Assembly: GCF_036321535.1 (NCBI RefSeq) | Contig: NC_087437.1 | Span: 11,286,001-11,350,000, forward strand | DNA length: 64,000 bases | Reading direction: 5' to 3' | From: Camelus dromedarius | Taxonomy: Eukaryota | Part shown: one piece after another, positions 38,081 through 49,042 of the stretch | Layout of the letters: each line of letters starts with the position of its first letter | Numbering within the stretch: the first letter of the stretch is position 1 | The notes under the pieces: generated by a model | Told to the model about the DNA's origin: nothing | The model's database searches: none | Seen by the model: the letters and a program-made list of their open reading frames with translations, nothing else | Position numbers and translations under genes: made by a program

Positions 38081-39805
38081 TTAAAGGAAGCCAATTTGCA
38101 GGCAAACAAGCAGCAAAGTTAAACAGCCTGAGATTCATCTAGGTAAGAAGGGTATGTCAGATTGACAAGTATTATCTTCTTACTTTTAGTGATTACCACT
38201 ATTCTTAATATTCTTAATTCTTGAAGGCTTATATTCTTAATACTACAAAATATTGTAAAAAAAATCATAAGAATGAGCATTCACTTCCTTTGTTTGTGGA
38301 AGAAGAAAGACTCAAACATAGAATGATCACTGTAAAGTTAAGAATGAGCATATGTGCAACCAGAAAGAGAGAACAGGAAAGCACTACCCCCACGTTCGGC
38401 CCTAAATGTTAAATGAGATGGACCCACTGCAGACACTTGTCTCCTTGGAAACCCGGTCAATTGAAACTCCTGCCAAAATTAACATGTATTTCTTTTTCCC
38501 CCTTAAAGGCAGGAGCTTCTTTTACTTACAGTTTTGACCTTTAGTTTTATATCTTAGGCTTATTATAAGACGTTCTTTCCAGAGCTAGGCAAACAAGGGA
38601 CCAAAAAAGTATCTTTTCATTAGTTCTGAGGCTTGGCTTACAGTAGCATGACCTTTGTAGCGGCACATTCTGGGACACACGTTCTGGGGATGGGTAAAAC
38701 CTGCCACTGCCTGAATATTGCCAGCTAGACTAATAAACCATCAACCCACACAATATTCCAACTCATGTTGAGTGACTTCACATTATAGCTAATTGAGTTG
38801 AATAGTCATATTTGCAATACAGTTCTGTATTTTAAGAGGCGGTAAAGTTTAATAAAGGCAAGTCTTTTATGTAAACCAATACTGACAAATGCCACAGGGA
38901 TAGTGGTTCACCAGAGATAATGGTTCTGTTTCAGATCAGTGCTCTGGACCATGGAGGACTTCCTACTCTCTTTTCCAAAGCCTGGCTGGTTCTGGATTTC
39001 TGGTATCTTTGCAGGTCAAGTCAAGAAGGCTGAACTGGTCCAGAACCGAGGCTAATCTCTAAAGACAGCTCATCATTAGCATCCGGCACAGAAGAGACTA
39101 ACCATCCCTGAGTCAATACAAGTGACAAGGGCAGGTGAAGTGGCCCCCGGGAGACCTGCTGGTCCGTCTGCAATGCCACTGCCAGATGTGTGCCTGGCGT
39201 GGGGTCTCTGCATCTCTGAGGTTTTCAAAACCCAAAGCCTCTGCCCTGCAGAGGTAAGGACAGAAGGTGGTACTCATCACCAACACCTTCGGGGGAATAC
39301 GTTTATTATGGCATGTGAGAACATTTTCAGAAGCTGACGGGGGACGAAGCCTAGACTTTCTGAGAACTGAGAACAGCCTGGAGACTCCGTTCCTGGGGGA
39401 GCTGGTCCAGACACTGAAGGAGGCAGCATAAGGCGACTGATTTCCCAATTTATCCTGGAGCTGGTGCTCTGTTTTTATGACGATCATAGGTTTTTGGGGC
39501 CAGTACTGATTCAGTGTATTTTCCGCGCAGGGGGAAATACGGGTATCGTATTGAAGAGCTACTTTAAAGTGGTGCCTTGGCGGATGTCCTTGGCTTCTTT
39601 GTGGCCACCTAATCTCTGATTACGGTATTTGTTGGAGAGAGTTAGTGATTTGTCCCAGGTTAAATAGCGGGAAAGTTTAGAGGCAGAAGCCAATCATAGA
39701 CTTCTTTTCTAAACATTCCCTAGGTGTCCACTATGTGCTGGGCACCATCCCTAAGACTTGACACAGCAGGCCAGCTGTGTAACATCAGGATTATTGGAAT
39801 GTCTT

Positions 39806-40027
39806 TTTTTTTTCAGCTTTATTGGGGTATAACTGACAAACAAAATTGCAAGATATTTATTTAAAGCATACATTGTGATGCTTTAATATATTTATACATA
39901 GTGAAATGTAGTTAATTAGCACATCCATCACTATATATATATATACATACATTTTTTTGTGTGTGTGAGAACATTTAAGTTTTACTCTCTCAGCAGACTT
40001 ACATCATACAGAACAGTGTTACCTGTC
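39806..40027 (-). mobile_element. L1MA9-like 3' fragment
   Basis: cagctttattggggtataactgacaa...gtgagaacatttaagttttactctctcagc. TSD TTGGAAT(G/A)TCTT at 39794-39805 and 40028-40039. Confidence 0.75.
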
Positions 40028-40799
40028 TTGGAATATCTTGATAGACAACCATCAATATGCCATTCAAGCATTTGTCTAAATTTGAGTGGAACTTTGTATT
40101 TTTATCCTGTGTTCCAGGTTAGCTCCTGGCAAGCAGTGAGGTAGGTGATGTTAGTTTTCAAGGCACCGTGTCTGAGGGGAACGTCATGCCTATTGCTCAG
40201 CGCACAACCTGACAACCTGCACAATGCTACGTGGGAGTCTCGCTCTTTATTTTCTCTCTCGCTCCTCCATTTCCCTGTGATGCTTACCTCTTTCCTGGCC
40301 TCCTTCCGCTTCCACTTCTTCCATAGCCTTTACTGGATCTTGTCAAAGAGGAAAGGAATCTGACCCAGTTCTCCACTTGGAGATGCTAGTGACTTGGTCA
40401 GAGACCCAGCCAGGAGGTTTGCATTTTGAAAGACCACAGAGAAAGGGCCATGATGAAATTGTAGGCATTCAGGGCAGCCCGTGGGAGAAGGGAAGGACTT
40501 CGAATTCCATCGGTCCCCTATGCTGTCTCTGTAAGGCTGACTCTCCCAATAACACGTGTTCAACTTCAGCACAAGGTCAGTAAGTTAACTAACTCATGTT
40601 GTACCTGATTTTGGATGAAAACTACCTGTTGGGAGCATCACGGGATTTGGCTGCCGGGTCTGCTCCCACTGCATCCATTATATTCCCGGCTTTGGAGACT
40701 TCAGTCCTGCCAGTATCGACTTAGTGATTATTCTGACATGGGCGTTCTGCAGCTCTAGTACCTTATCTGCTCCAGGTTTCCAAGCTTCATTATGAGAAA

Positions 40800-40990
40800 A
40801 TAACTTATTTATTGAGCACTCACCGTGTCCTATGAAATCATCTAAGAGCTTATTTCTTTCTACAATTCTGTGAGAGAGGGTCCCCCGTTTTGTAGATGAA
40901 GAAACAGGCTCAGGCAGGGCAAGTGACTTGCTCAAGGTTCAATGGCAGGTAAGTGGCAATTTGTGGCAGAATTTGACCTAAGGCTGAAAA
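40800..40990 (-). mobile_element. MIR SINE
   Basis: tttattgagcact...tttgtagatgaagaaacaggctca...aagtgacttgctcaagg. Confidence 0.65.
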
Positions 40991-41149
40991 CTAGGTATGT
41001 GCTAAGACCCACCACTCCCATCTCGGCGGGTCCCACTGCCCTGCATCTTGCCCTCAGTGTAGACCAGTGTCTCCTCCATGGTTTGAGATTTCTTCCTTAG
41101 GGTGCCTGGAATTCTCTTGCCCTTTTGTGTTATAATAATATAATGGTAA

Positions 41150-41919
41150 TATCTGGAGAAGATTCTAATTTGAAAAGACACATGCACCCCAATGTTCATA
41201 GCAGCACTATTTACAATAGCCAAGACATGGAAGCACCTAAATGTCTATTGATAGATGACTGGATAAAGAAGCTGTGGTATATTTATACAATGGAATACTA
41301 CTCAGCCATAAAAAATGAAATAATGCCATTTGCAGCAATATGGATGGACCTAGAGATTATCATAGAGTGAAATAAGTCAGAAAAAGATAGATATCATATA
41401 ATATAACACTTATATGTGGAATAAAAAATGATACAGATTCTTTTTATAAACCAAAAACAGACTTATGGACATGGAAAACAAACTACAGTCACCAAAGGGG
41501 AAAAGGTGGGGGAGGGGTGAGTTAAAGGTTGGAGATTAACAGACACACATTACCGTACATAAGATAGATAAACAACAAGGATCTACTGTATAGCACGGGG
41601 AACTATATTCAATTTCTTTCTTTTCTAATGGAGATTTCATTTCATTTTATTTATTTATTTATTTTTTGTGGAGGAGGTAGTTATGTTTACTTATTTATTA
41701 TTTTCTTTTATTTAACAGAGGTACTGGCAATTGAACCCAGGACCTCATGCACGCTAAGCACGTGCTTTACCACTGAGCTATACCCTCCCCTCCATGTCTT
41801 GTAATAACTTATAATGGAAAAGAATCTGAAAAGAAAAAAAATATGTGTATATATAACTGAATTGCTTTGCAGTATACCTGAAACCAACATTGTAAATCAA
41901 CTACATTTCAATGAAAAAA
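41150..41919 (+). mobile_element. 5'-truncated L1 containing a nested SINE
   Basis: ORF2 end ([20 protein letters not shown]). TSD TAATAAT(A/T)TAATGGTAA at 41133-41149 and 41920-41936. Confidence 0.92.
41615..41791 (-). mobile_element. Vic-1-like SINE nested antisense in an L1 3' end
   Basis: SINE core interrupts the L1 motif gaactatattcaa...tcttgtaataac. Confidence 0.87.
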
Positions 41920-44631
41920 TAATAATTTAATGGTAAAGAGCTCTGATGCTAGAGCCAGGCTGCCTGGTGCAAATTACATTTCAGCTCCTTCGTACTTTTC
42001 TTAGTTTCTTATTTAATTTCTTAAACTTTTTTTTCAAAGGTTTCATAATAGCTTGGTTGTTGCTGCGGATTCTCCTTCTGGTGGCTCACGCCTCTCCTGC
42101 AGCTGTGTGCGTGATGGTTTGCTCTGCTTCCCTTCATGAATGTTTATACCATTTGTCAACTGGTTTCAAGGCGCAAAACGGTGACAAAAACTGGAGGAAG
42201 GGGACACCAGGCTAACAGACTGTTCACATTTGAGGAACAGGTATCATTTAGTCTCTAAGTGGCAGGCACTGTGCTTTACATACATTATCTTTCATCTTTA
42301 CAACAAATCTGAAACCTGGGTATTATTACCTCATTTAATATTAAGTGGACTCAGGGTCAAAGAAGTTAAAAAAAATTTGCCCTGAGTGTGTAAATTAAAG
42401 AGTATAAAGCCAACCTAAGCTTGTCTGACTGTAAAGCATAAGATCTTAACATAAAAAAAAGACACAAGTTATTCACTAATACACTCTTACTGTAAAAAAT
42501 GTCTGCCGCTGTGTGTCGAGTTAATATTACCATCTTTTTTCATTTCACTCTTTCCTTTTTAAGGTATCTACTGTCACAAGGGTGATGTGTATCCGGGAAA
42601 CTTTTTCTGTGTGTGCACACGCAACTATAGACTTTTAAAACTATATCTGGGATCATACTAAATGAATGGTTGCTTTTCCATTACATTTTGCTAAAACCAC
42701 CCTTGTTGAAAAATATGTTTTCTAGTAGCTGCTTTAAATAGACCATCATTTATTTGAGCATTCCAATCTTTCAGTAATATAAACAAAGGTGCAAAGAAAA
42801 CTTTTGAACACAGATCTTTGCGCCCTTGTGTGAGTACTTCCACTGGACGGACTATTCTAAGAATGACAGCTGGGTCAAAGCATGTCTGCATTTTACATTA
42901 TAATAGATGCTGCGGAATTGACCTTGCAAAGCTCGTGGTCCCCCCACCGCGCCATGATGCATCTCAGTGAAAACCGAAATTGGGTAGAATAGAGCCCTGA
43001 ATTGCTGAGGTTTGCCTTCCTTTGACATTGCTGTTCCCAGCTTCCCCTCCCCTTCTCTCCAACTGATGGCTTTTTTTTTTTTTTCTTTTCTTTTCTGGCC
43101 CTTCTATTTCTACCTGCCCTGGGCTCCTTATGGGCGCACCTCCCTGCCTTTGAAGGATCAAGTCTCAGTGCTCTCTAGCATATCCCAGAAGCTGGTGGAG
43201 AGCACTTACTCTCCCGTTGACGCTAAGGCTGCTCCCCAGTGCCTTGAGGTAGACGAATCACACCTGGCGCTCTCAGTAGGGACCGCCCTCCCTGATGGGT
43301 GGGGAGCAGGGGGCAGAGAGAAGAGTGGAAATGGATGGAGCAGATGGTCTACTACTGGAGGGCTCAAGCTTTTTAATCCTCCACCTTCTAAAGTACTCAT
43401 TTACCTGAAGATGTCCTTGTATTTTTCTCAAGGACAAAGATAGCAATCCCCTGCTGAAAATGTGACTGTCTAACTTGAAAGATTATAATGCACACAGACT
43501 TGACTTTGCGTCTCTCATTTTGAGAACCCTTTGTTATTTGGGTAAATGAGAATTTACATCATTTAAAACGGTCATTGGTGATTTGATTCATTTGTTTTCT
43601 TCCTTATGAAGACCATGAGTTAATAGTCTGTGCTTTTGCTCACATAAGATATTGTTTTAAAAATTACTTTAACTCATCTAAATCTTGGGGACAGTTTTAA
43701 TAAACTATAGTATATCTATAAGCAAGAATAATCTACAGCCAATAGAAGTCAGGATTCAGAAGAATATTTAACGACAAGGGAACAGGATGTATGTTTAAGC
43801 ATTAACAGCTGGTTAAAAATGGTATGCCTAGGGTGATTCCAAGTTTGTAAAAAACAGATATGCACAGAAAAAAAGACTGAAATATAATAAAGATTTTTAT
43901 ACCGCTTGTCTTTGGAGGATGGAATTACTGATGATTTTAAAAAGTTTCCTTTTTTTAAACTTTTGGGAAATTTTCACTCTTTGTACATGGGAAGCTTTTA
44001 TAGTGAGAAAAAGTAACTTTTTAGTAAGATGATTTTGACTATCTTTTCTTGCCTTCCTGGGCATCTGAGATGAAATTCTCTTGGTTTTAACCACAGAGCA
44101 GACCCACGGAGAAAGTTCAGTGCAATCACCAGATTGATCTTTTTTCTGATGTAACCAGGGAGGTGGGTCATTCCCTGCCTTGTTTCTCCCACCAGGTTCC
44201 AGTGTTTCAGGAAGGTCCCTGGTTGACCTCAAGGGCAAACGTGCAAGTGTGGAGGTCTGACTGCCTGGGTTCAGCAGGGCTGAAGGTCCAGCTAGCTACA
44301 GGGGCACGTGCATCTGTCTCGGACCCATCCTTGTGGGACTGGTGGGACCTGCGGTTCCTGGAGAGAAGACCAAAAGTGCATGAGAGGGTTCAGTGGAGAA
44401 GCTTTGTAAGAACTTGGATGAGGAACAGGGATCCAGCCAAACAGAGTGGGAATCTCAGAAGAGCTCAGGTCCCAAAGGGATGTGTCACTAGGCTAAGTGA
44501 TTAAGCAGAATACTCATTTGGCAATTAAAATAAGCCAGGCCTAAAGGAAGGGCTAATCAGGAATAGGGAGACACAGAAGGCTCCCCAGGTGCACTCAAGG
44601 AAGGGAAGAAAAAGGGCACATCCCCCTGTGT

Positions 44632-44645
44632 CCACTAGGTGGCAG
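44632..44645 (+). promoter_or_regulatory. CTCF core motif CCACTAGGTGGCAG
   Basis: Full match to the CCASYAGRKGGCRS consensus. Binding not demonstrated. Confidence 0.45.
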
Positions 44646-44689
44646 ACCCCTTCCTTTACCAGTACTAAGACTTGTGCATATTCTCAGGC

Positions 44690-44835
44690 ACTTTCTGATA
44701 CTCAAGAATCACTCAGATTCCTGGGCCCCTTTCCAGAGCTTCCAATTCAGTAGTCTGGGCTGGGGCCCAAGATTCTGCATTTCTAAGAAGGTCCAGGAGC
44801 TGCTAGTGCCCCTGGCTGGTCAACTTTGAGCATCA
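44690..44835. mobile_element. MER5-family MITE fragment
   Basis: aattcagtagtctgggctggggcccaagattctgcatttctaa...actttgag. Confidence 0.65.
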
Positions 44836-45646
44836 TCTCAGACTCTGGGAAGAGGGGAGGTGGGCCGGAGTATGGGGATGAGCAGTCAGTTCAAGTTGTG
44901 ACAAAAACTCAAGGGAGGGGTGGCGTTGTGGTAGGAAGGTGGCTTGGGGAAGGGAGTGGGGTCACTTGCTTCCGGTTGGAAATAGCCTCTGGTCCTAGAA
45001 CAGATTTGAATTGTGGGATCTGCAGCAGAATGTCAGGGCTCTAGGGCTCTCCATTCATTGAAATGGGTTACCAGTTAATTTCCTTAGAATGACTGGAGCA
45101 CAGAGGAGCACACGTATATGCAGACTAAAATGACCGCGGTATTCAGATCAAAACGAAAAACAAGACATTAGGTACACACCAAAAATCAGTCTAAAGAAAA
45201 ACATTAAGAATGCTGTAAAGAGTAAATCAGCAAATCTCAGACAACTTGAAGTGAAGGACCATTTAAAAAATAGCCAGTCCATCATGGCCCAATACGCGGG
45301 ATTTGCTAAACAAGACTTTTGCATAGCTCTGGCCCTCAGTGGCTGACCAGGCGGGTTTGACAGTACCCAGCTGGACTCTACCCTGTTTAGTGAGATGAAA
45401 CCACAGATCATGCATTTGAATGCCAGTGGCAGTGCTACTTGCCTAGGACACTTCTAAAGCTTCCTCTCAGTTTCTCTACCTGCATCAACAGAGAGAGAGA
45501 GGTAGGAAGTAACAGTTTGCATAAGAGCCCCCAGCCATGCTTGGAGGTGCACTGGTCTAGACCGGGCAGATTACTGATCTGGGAGATGGGCTTTTGCACA
45601 ACTTCAGGGAGTCTATTTGTTCTTTGAGCTCCCACACTGCAGATTC

Positions 45647-45885
45647 TTTTTTTTTTTTTAATTGAAGCATAGTTGATTTACATTGTTGTGTTAGTTTCAG
45701 GTGTACAGCACAGTGATTCAGTTATACATATATATGTATATTCTTTTTCAGATTCTTTTCCATTATAGGTTATTACGAGCTATTGAATATAGTTCCCTGT
45801 GCTCTTCGGCAGGAACTTGTTGTTTATCTATTCTGTATATAGGAATTTGTATTTGCGAATCCCAAACTCCTAATTTATCCCTGAC
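45647..45885 (-). mobile_element. L1 3' terminal fragment
   Basis: Poly-T, then attgaagcatagttgatttac...aatcccaaactcctaatttatcc. Confidence 0.85.
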
Positions 45886-46429
45886 CCCCTGCACTTTTTG
45901 TATCCTTTAAGGGTCATTTTAAGAGTCCAATTATATTTGGGGGGATCCTTGAAATGGGGCTACTTGGAGATATTTTTGGTTCTGCTGCTATTTCTTCCAG
46001 GACATGAAGGACGATGTCCTGCACAGAGTAGGCACTTAATACACAGTGATGGGATGCATGCATGGGATTGTAGCCCAAAAATAAGAAAGCAGATGTGCTT
46101 GGGGGGCTGGAGAGAGGGCCAGGAAATAAATGCCCAGCAAAACAGAGCTCTGCTCACAGAGAATGTATGGAGGTAGCATGAAAGCAGAGTAGATGGAGGG
46201 GGGCCAACACCAAAAAGAAAAGAGCAATCAGTCAAGTTGTTTCCCCTGCCTCACTGCTCCCTCACCAAAGGCAGGTGTCCACTGGGAATGAGTGAAATGC
46301 AATTAATGAGGTTTTGGCCATGACAGCATAGGTTCCGAGCATCTTCATGCTGAAATAAGGCACCTGCCTCACCTCCTTGCCAACGTGAACCCTGGTTGCT
46401 CTGGAAATTACCTCAGTTGTTTTCCTTTT

Positions 46430-46532
46430 TTTTTTAATTATTACTTTTTTTTTAATGGAGGTACTGGGGATTAAATTCAGGACACTGTGCATGCTAAGCA
46501 CGTGCTCTGCTACTGAGCTATTTCCTTCCCTC
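46430..46532 (-). mobile_element. Vic-1-like SINE (short form lacking TAATTACC tail)
   Basis: Core on the minus strand. TSD TGTTTTCCTTTT at 46418-46429 and 46533-46544. Confidence 0.86.
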
Positions 46533-47085
46533 TGTTTTCCTTTTAAAACTAGAATCCTGTGGAAGGACTTTAATAATTTCATTATATTTTCGTATTAAAC
46601 AATTCTCTGACTTTCAGCAAAAGAGAGCTAAATGAATCCAAAGTGGATTATCAAGCCTAACCTGCCCGAAACATCACCTCTCACCCCACACTCAACTGTC
46701 CTGGTTTCCTTTGCCATCCTTTACCAGGTGCACAGCGCAGCCAAGGGAAGATTTGTGATTTAATGATGCATGGCTAATAATAATGATCACAGTAAGAAGA
46801 AAGCTGCTGTTTAGACAGCATCACGTGAGAAGTAGCATGCCAAGTGCTTAAATAAATACATTACCTTATTCAGTTCTATCAATAATGCCATAGGTTTGCT
46901 CAAGGACAGAAAGTAGAAGGGCTTGGGTTCTAGCCCAAATACGTCAGACTCAAAAATCTGTGGTCTTCCCCACTGGATCATACTCAGGGTCTTGAATCCA
47001 AATAGCAACTCTTTCCTTTTGCTTTCAAGGTGAATCAACAAACTGGAAAGTGTAGAGTGTCGAGAACTCTAGATACCCCAGGCCA

Positions 47086-47232
47086 GGGAGGGTATAGCTC
47101 AAGTGGTAGAGAGGATGCTTAGCATGCATGACGTCCTGGGTTCAATCCCCAGTACCTCCTCTAAGAATAAAGAAAGAAATAAATCTAATTACCTACCCCT
47201 GGCAAACCCCTCCACAAAAAAAAAAAAAAAAA
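47086..47232 (+). mobile_element. Vic-1-like SINE
   Basis: GGGAGGGTATAGCTCAAGTGGTAGAG...GGGTTCAATCCCC, poly-A, imperfect TSD acccca(a)ggcca. Confidence 0.9.
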
Positions 47233-47494
47233 CCCCAAGGCCAAGATTTCTCACAAAAGACGGAGACATAGATGGGCCCTAGGAATGAATGAATGAATAC
47301 CAATTGTGAATAAATCAGATTTAGCTTGTGAGGTCTTTAGATCATGAGGACACTGCAGTTTCCTGTAAACCCAAGACACTTCACTATAAACCAAAGAGTG
47401 ACATGGTTCTGATGCCAGCTCATAAAATCTAAAGATACAACCTGGTTACAAATTCTAAGACTCACTCTCAATTGTATTTGAAGTAAATGTACGC

Positions 47495-47512
47495 ACACAC
47501 ACACACACACAC
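47495..47512. repeat. (CA)n microsatellite
   Basis: cacacacacacacacaca run. Confidence 0.85.
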
Positions 47513-48391
47513 CCCTGTACTATATTCTGACTCCTTTGAAAAAAACTTGTTTTACTCTTTTTCTAAATATCCTTTTCAATTTCTCAAATCTTTTATATAA
47601 TATAGATGAGGGACAATTCCAACACAAACCCTCCCGAAGAGAACATAGTTTTGACTGTGTTCAAATCAGAGCTCATACCGCTATTTTATTATTATTTTTA
47701 GATAATCCTATCTTCATCGGAAACAATCTGCACATGCAACTTCCCAGGTCAACTGCTGGTTCCAAGGAGCCTTTGAAGTGTCTTTGGGAAAGCTCAAGGA
47801 CCAGCAGTTTTTTGAGATGGATAAATTCAGTCATGTGTTTATGTTCAAGTTAGAACAGTTTGCAAAAGTCCTTCATGGGTCCTATATAGAAGTCCTTACA
47901 AACTTTCATGAATGTATCTTGGTATGTGATTGCCAGGTTTTTATACACACCATTTAAACCTTTATCATGAGTCAAAGTCCTTAAAGAAAATGGACAAAGA
48001 CCTTACTTTTAAAAATGCTAAATTGAAGAATGGGGAGTCGCATGAACTTGGACTTTTAAAGACACAAATTGATTTAAGAAGCAAAGATTTTGGGGAGCCC
48101 TAAGACAATAAAGCGATCAGCACCAAGACATCTGTCAGGGCGGAGGGGACCTGAGGTAAAGACCAGTTAAATCTAATGCAATCAGGAACTTAGGCCAGTT
48201 GAACATTTTGTCATGAGGTGACAACCCCCTAACACCATAATCTTGCCTTTCAGGATGATGACACAGGACTTAATGAGTAAAAGAAAACAACTTCAGACCT
48301 CTCTTTTGAACATGAATTGTCTACTTAGGTTAAAGGTGGACTGTGAGATCCCATTAGCTACAGGCACAATTGGGAAAAGTAATGGCCACAG

Positions 48392-48440
48392 ACACACATA
48401 CACACACACACACACACGCACACACGCACATACACACGTG
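48392..48440. repeat. Imperfect (CA)n microsatellite
   Basis: acacacatacacacacacacacacacgcacacacgcacatacacacgtg, about 350 bp downstream of the beta1 exon donor. Confidence 0.9.
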
Positions 48441-48781
48441 CGCTGCAAAGCAAGTAGTTATGCAATGATAGCAATGTCTGTTTCTACTCAGATTCGAAAA
48501 CAGAATTAAAGCCAAAACTAACAACCCTCCTGCTAATTAGAGAAATAAAAATGTCTCCCCAAGCACCCCAACACAATATGAAACTGAAATGAATTGCTTT
48601 CCTTTGGAACCCACTTATTTATTTACGTTTAAAAGAAGATTCGGGGATAAAGAAACTTGGAAAGAGAGCAGCTGGGGAGCCCAAAGACACCGCGCACGGA
48701 GTCCAGGAGTCGAGCGCACACACAACAAGAGCTCGTTTCCTTGCTGCAACCCTGGATACCGTCTAACAAAAATCTTGTTAC

Positions 48782-49042
48782 CTTTACACTTCTTCTCTTC
48801 CGTCTGGAAGGTCTGGGCACTTGGGACACTCGGATCGCTCACATCGTCCTGGTCCAGATGGAAGATGGAGCTGGTCCAGGGCGCCTGGATGAGATGCGGC
48901 GACGACTGTTCATTCTTCAGCGAGCTGCGCCTCTCCGGGGGGCTCTTCCTGCGCAGGCAGCCTTCGGACATGCCCACCAGCTTCCAGTCCTGCTCGCGGT
49001 CCGGACAACGCTTCGGCTTGTCCCAGGCTGGAAGGCCATTTT
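48782..49042 (-). CDS. THRB: TRbeta1 A/B-domain exon: (E)[27 protein letters not shown]...[13 protein letters not shown](G)
   Basis: Within ORF 48615..49253(-). Acceptor ccctccag|AA at 49042 and donor AAAG|gtaaca at 48782. 261 bp, phase 1/1. Retains the LKNE SUMO-type motif. Confidence 0.97.
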
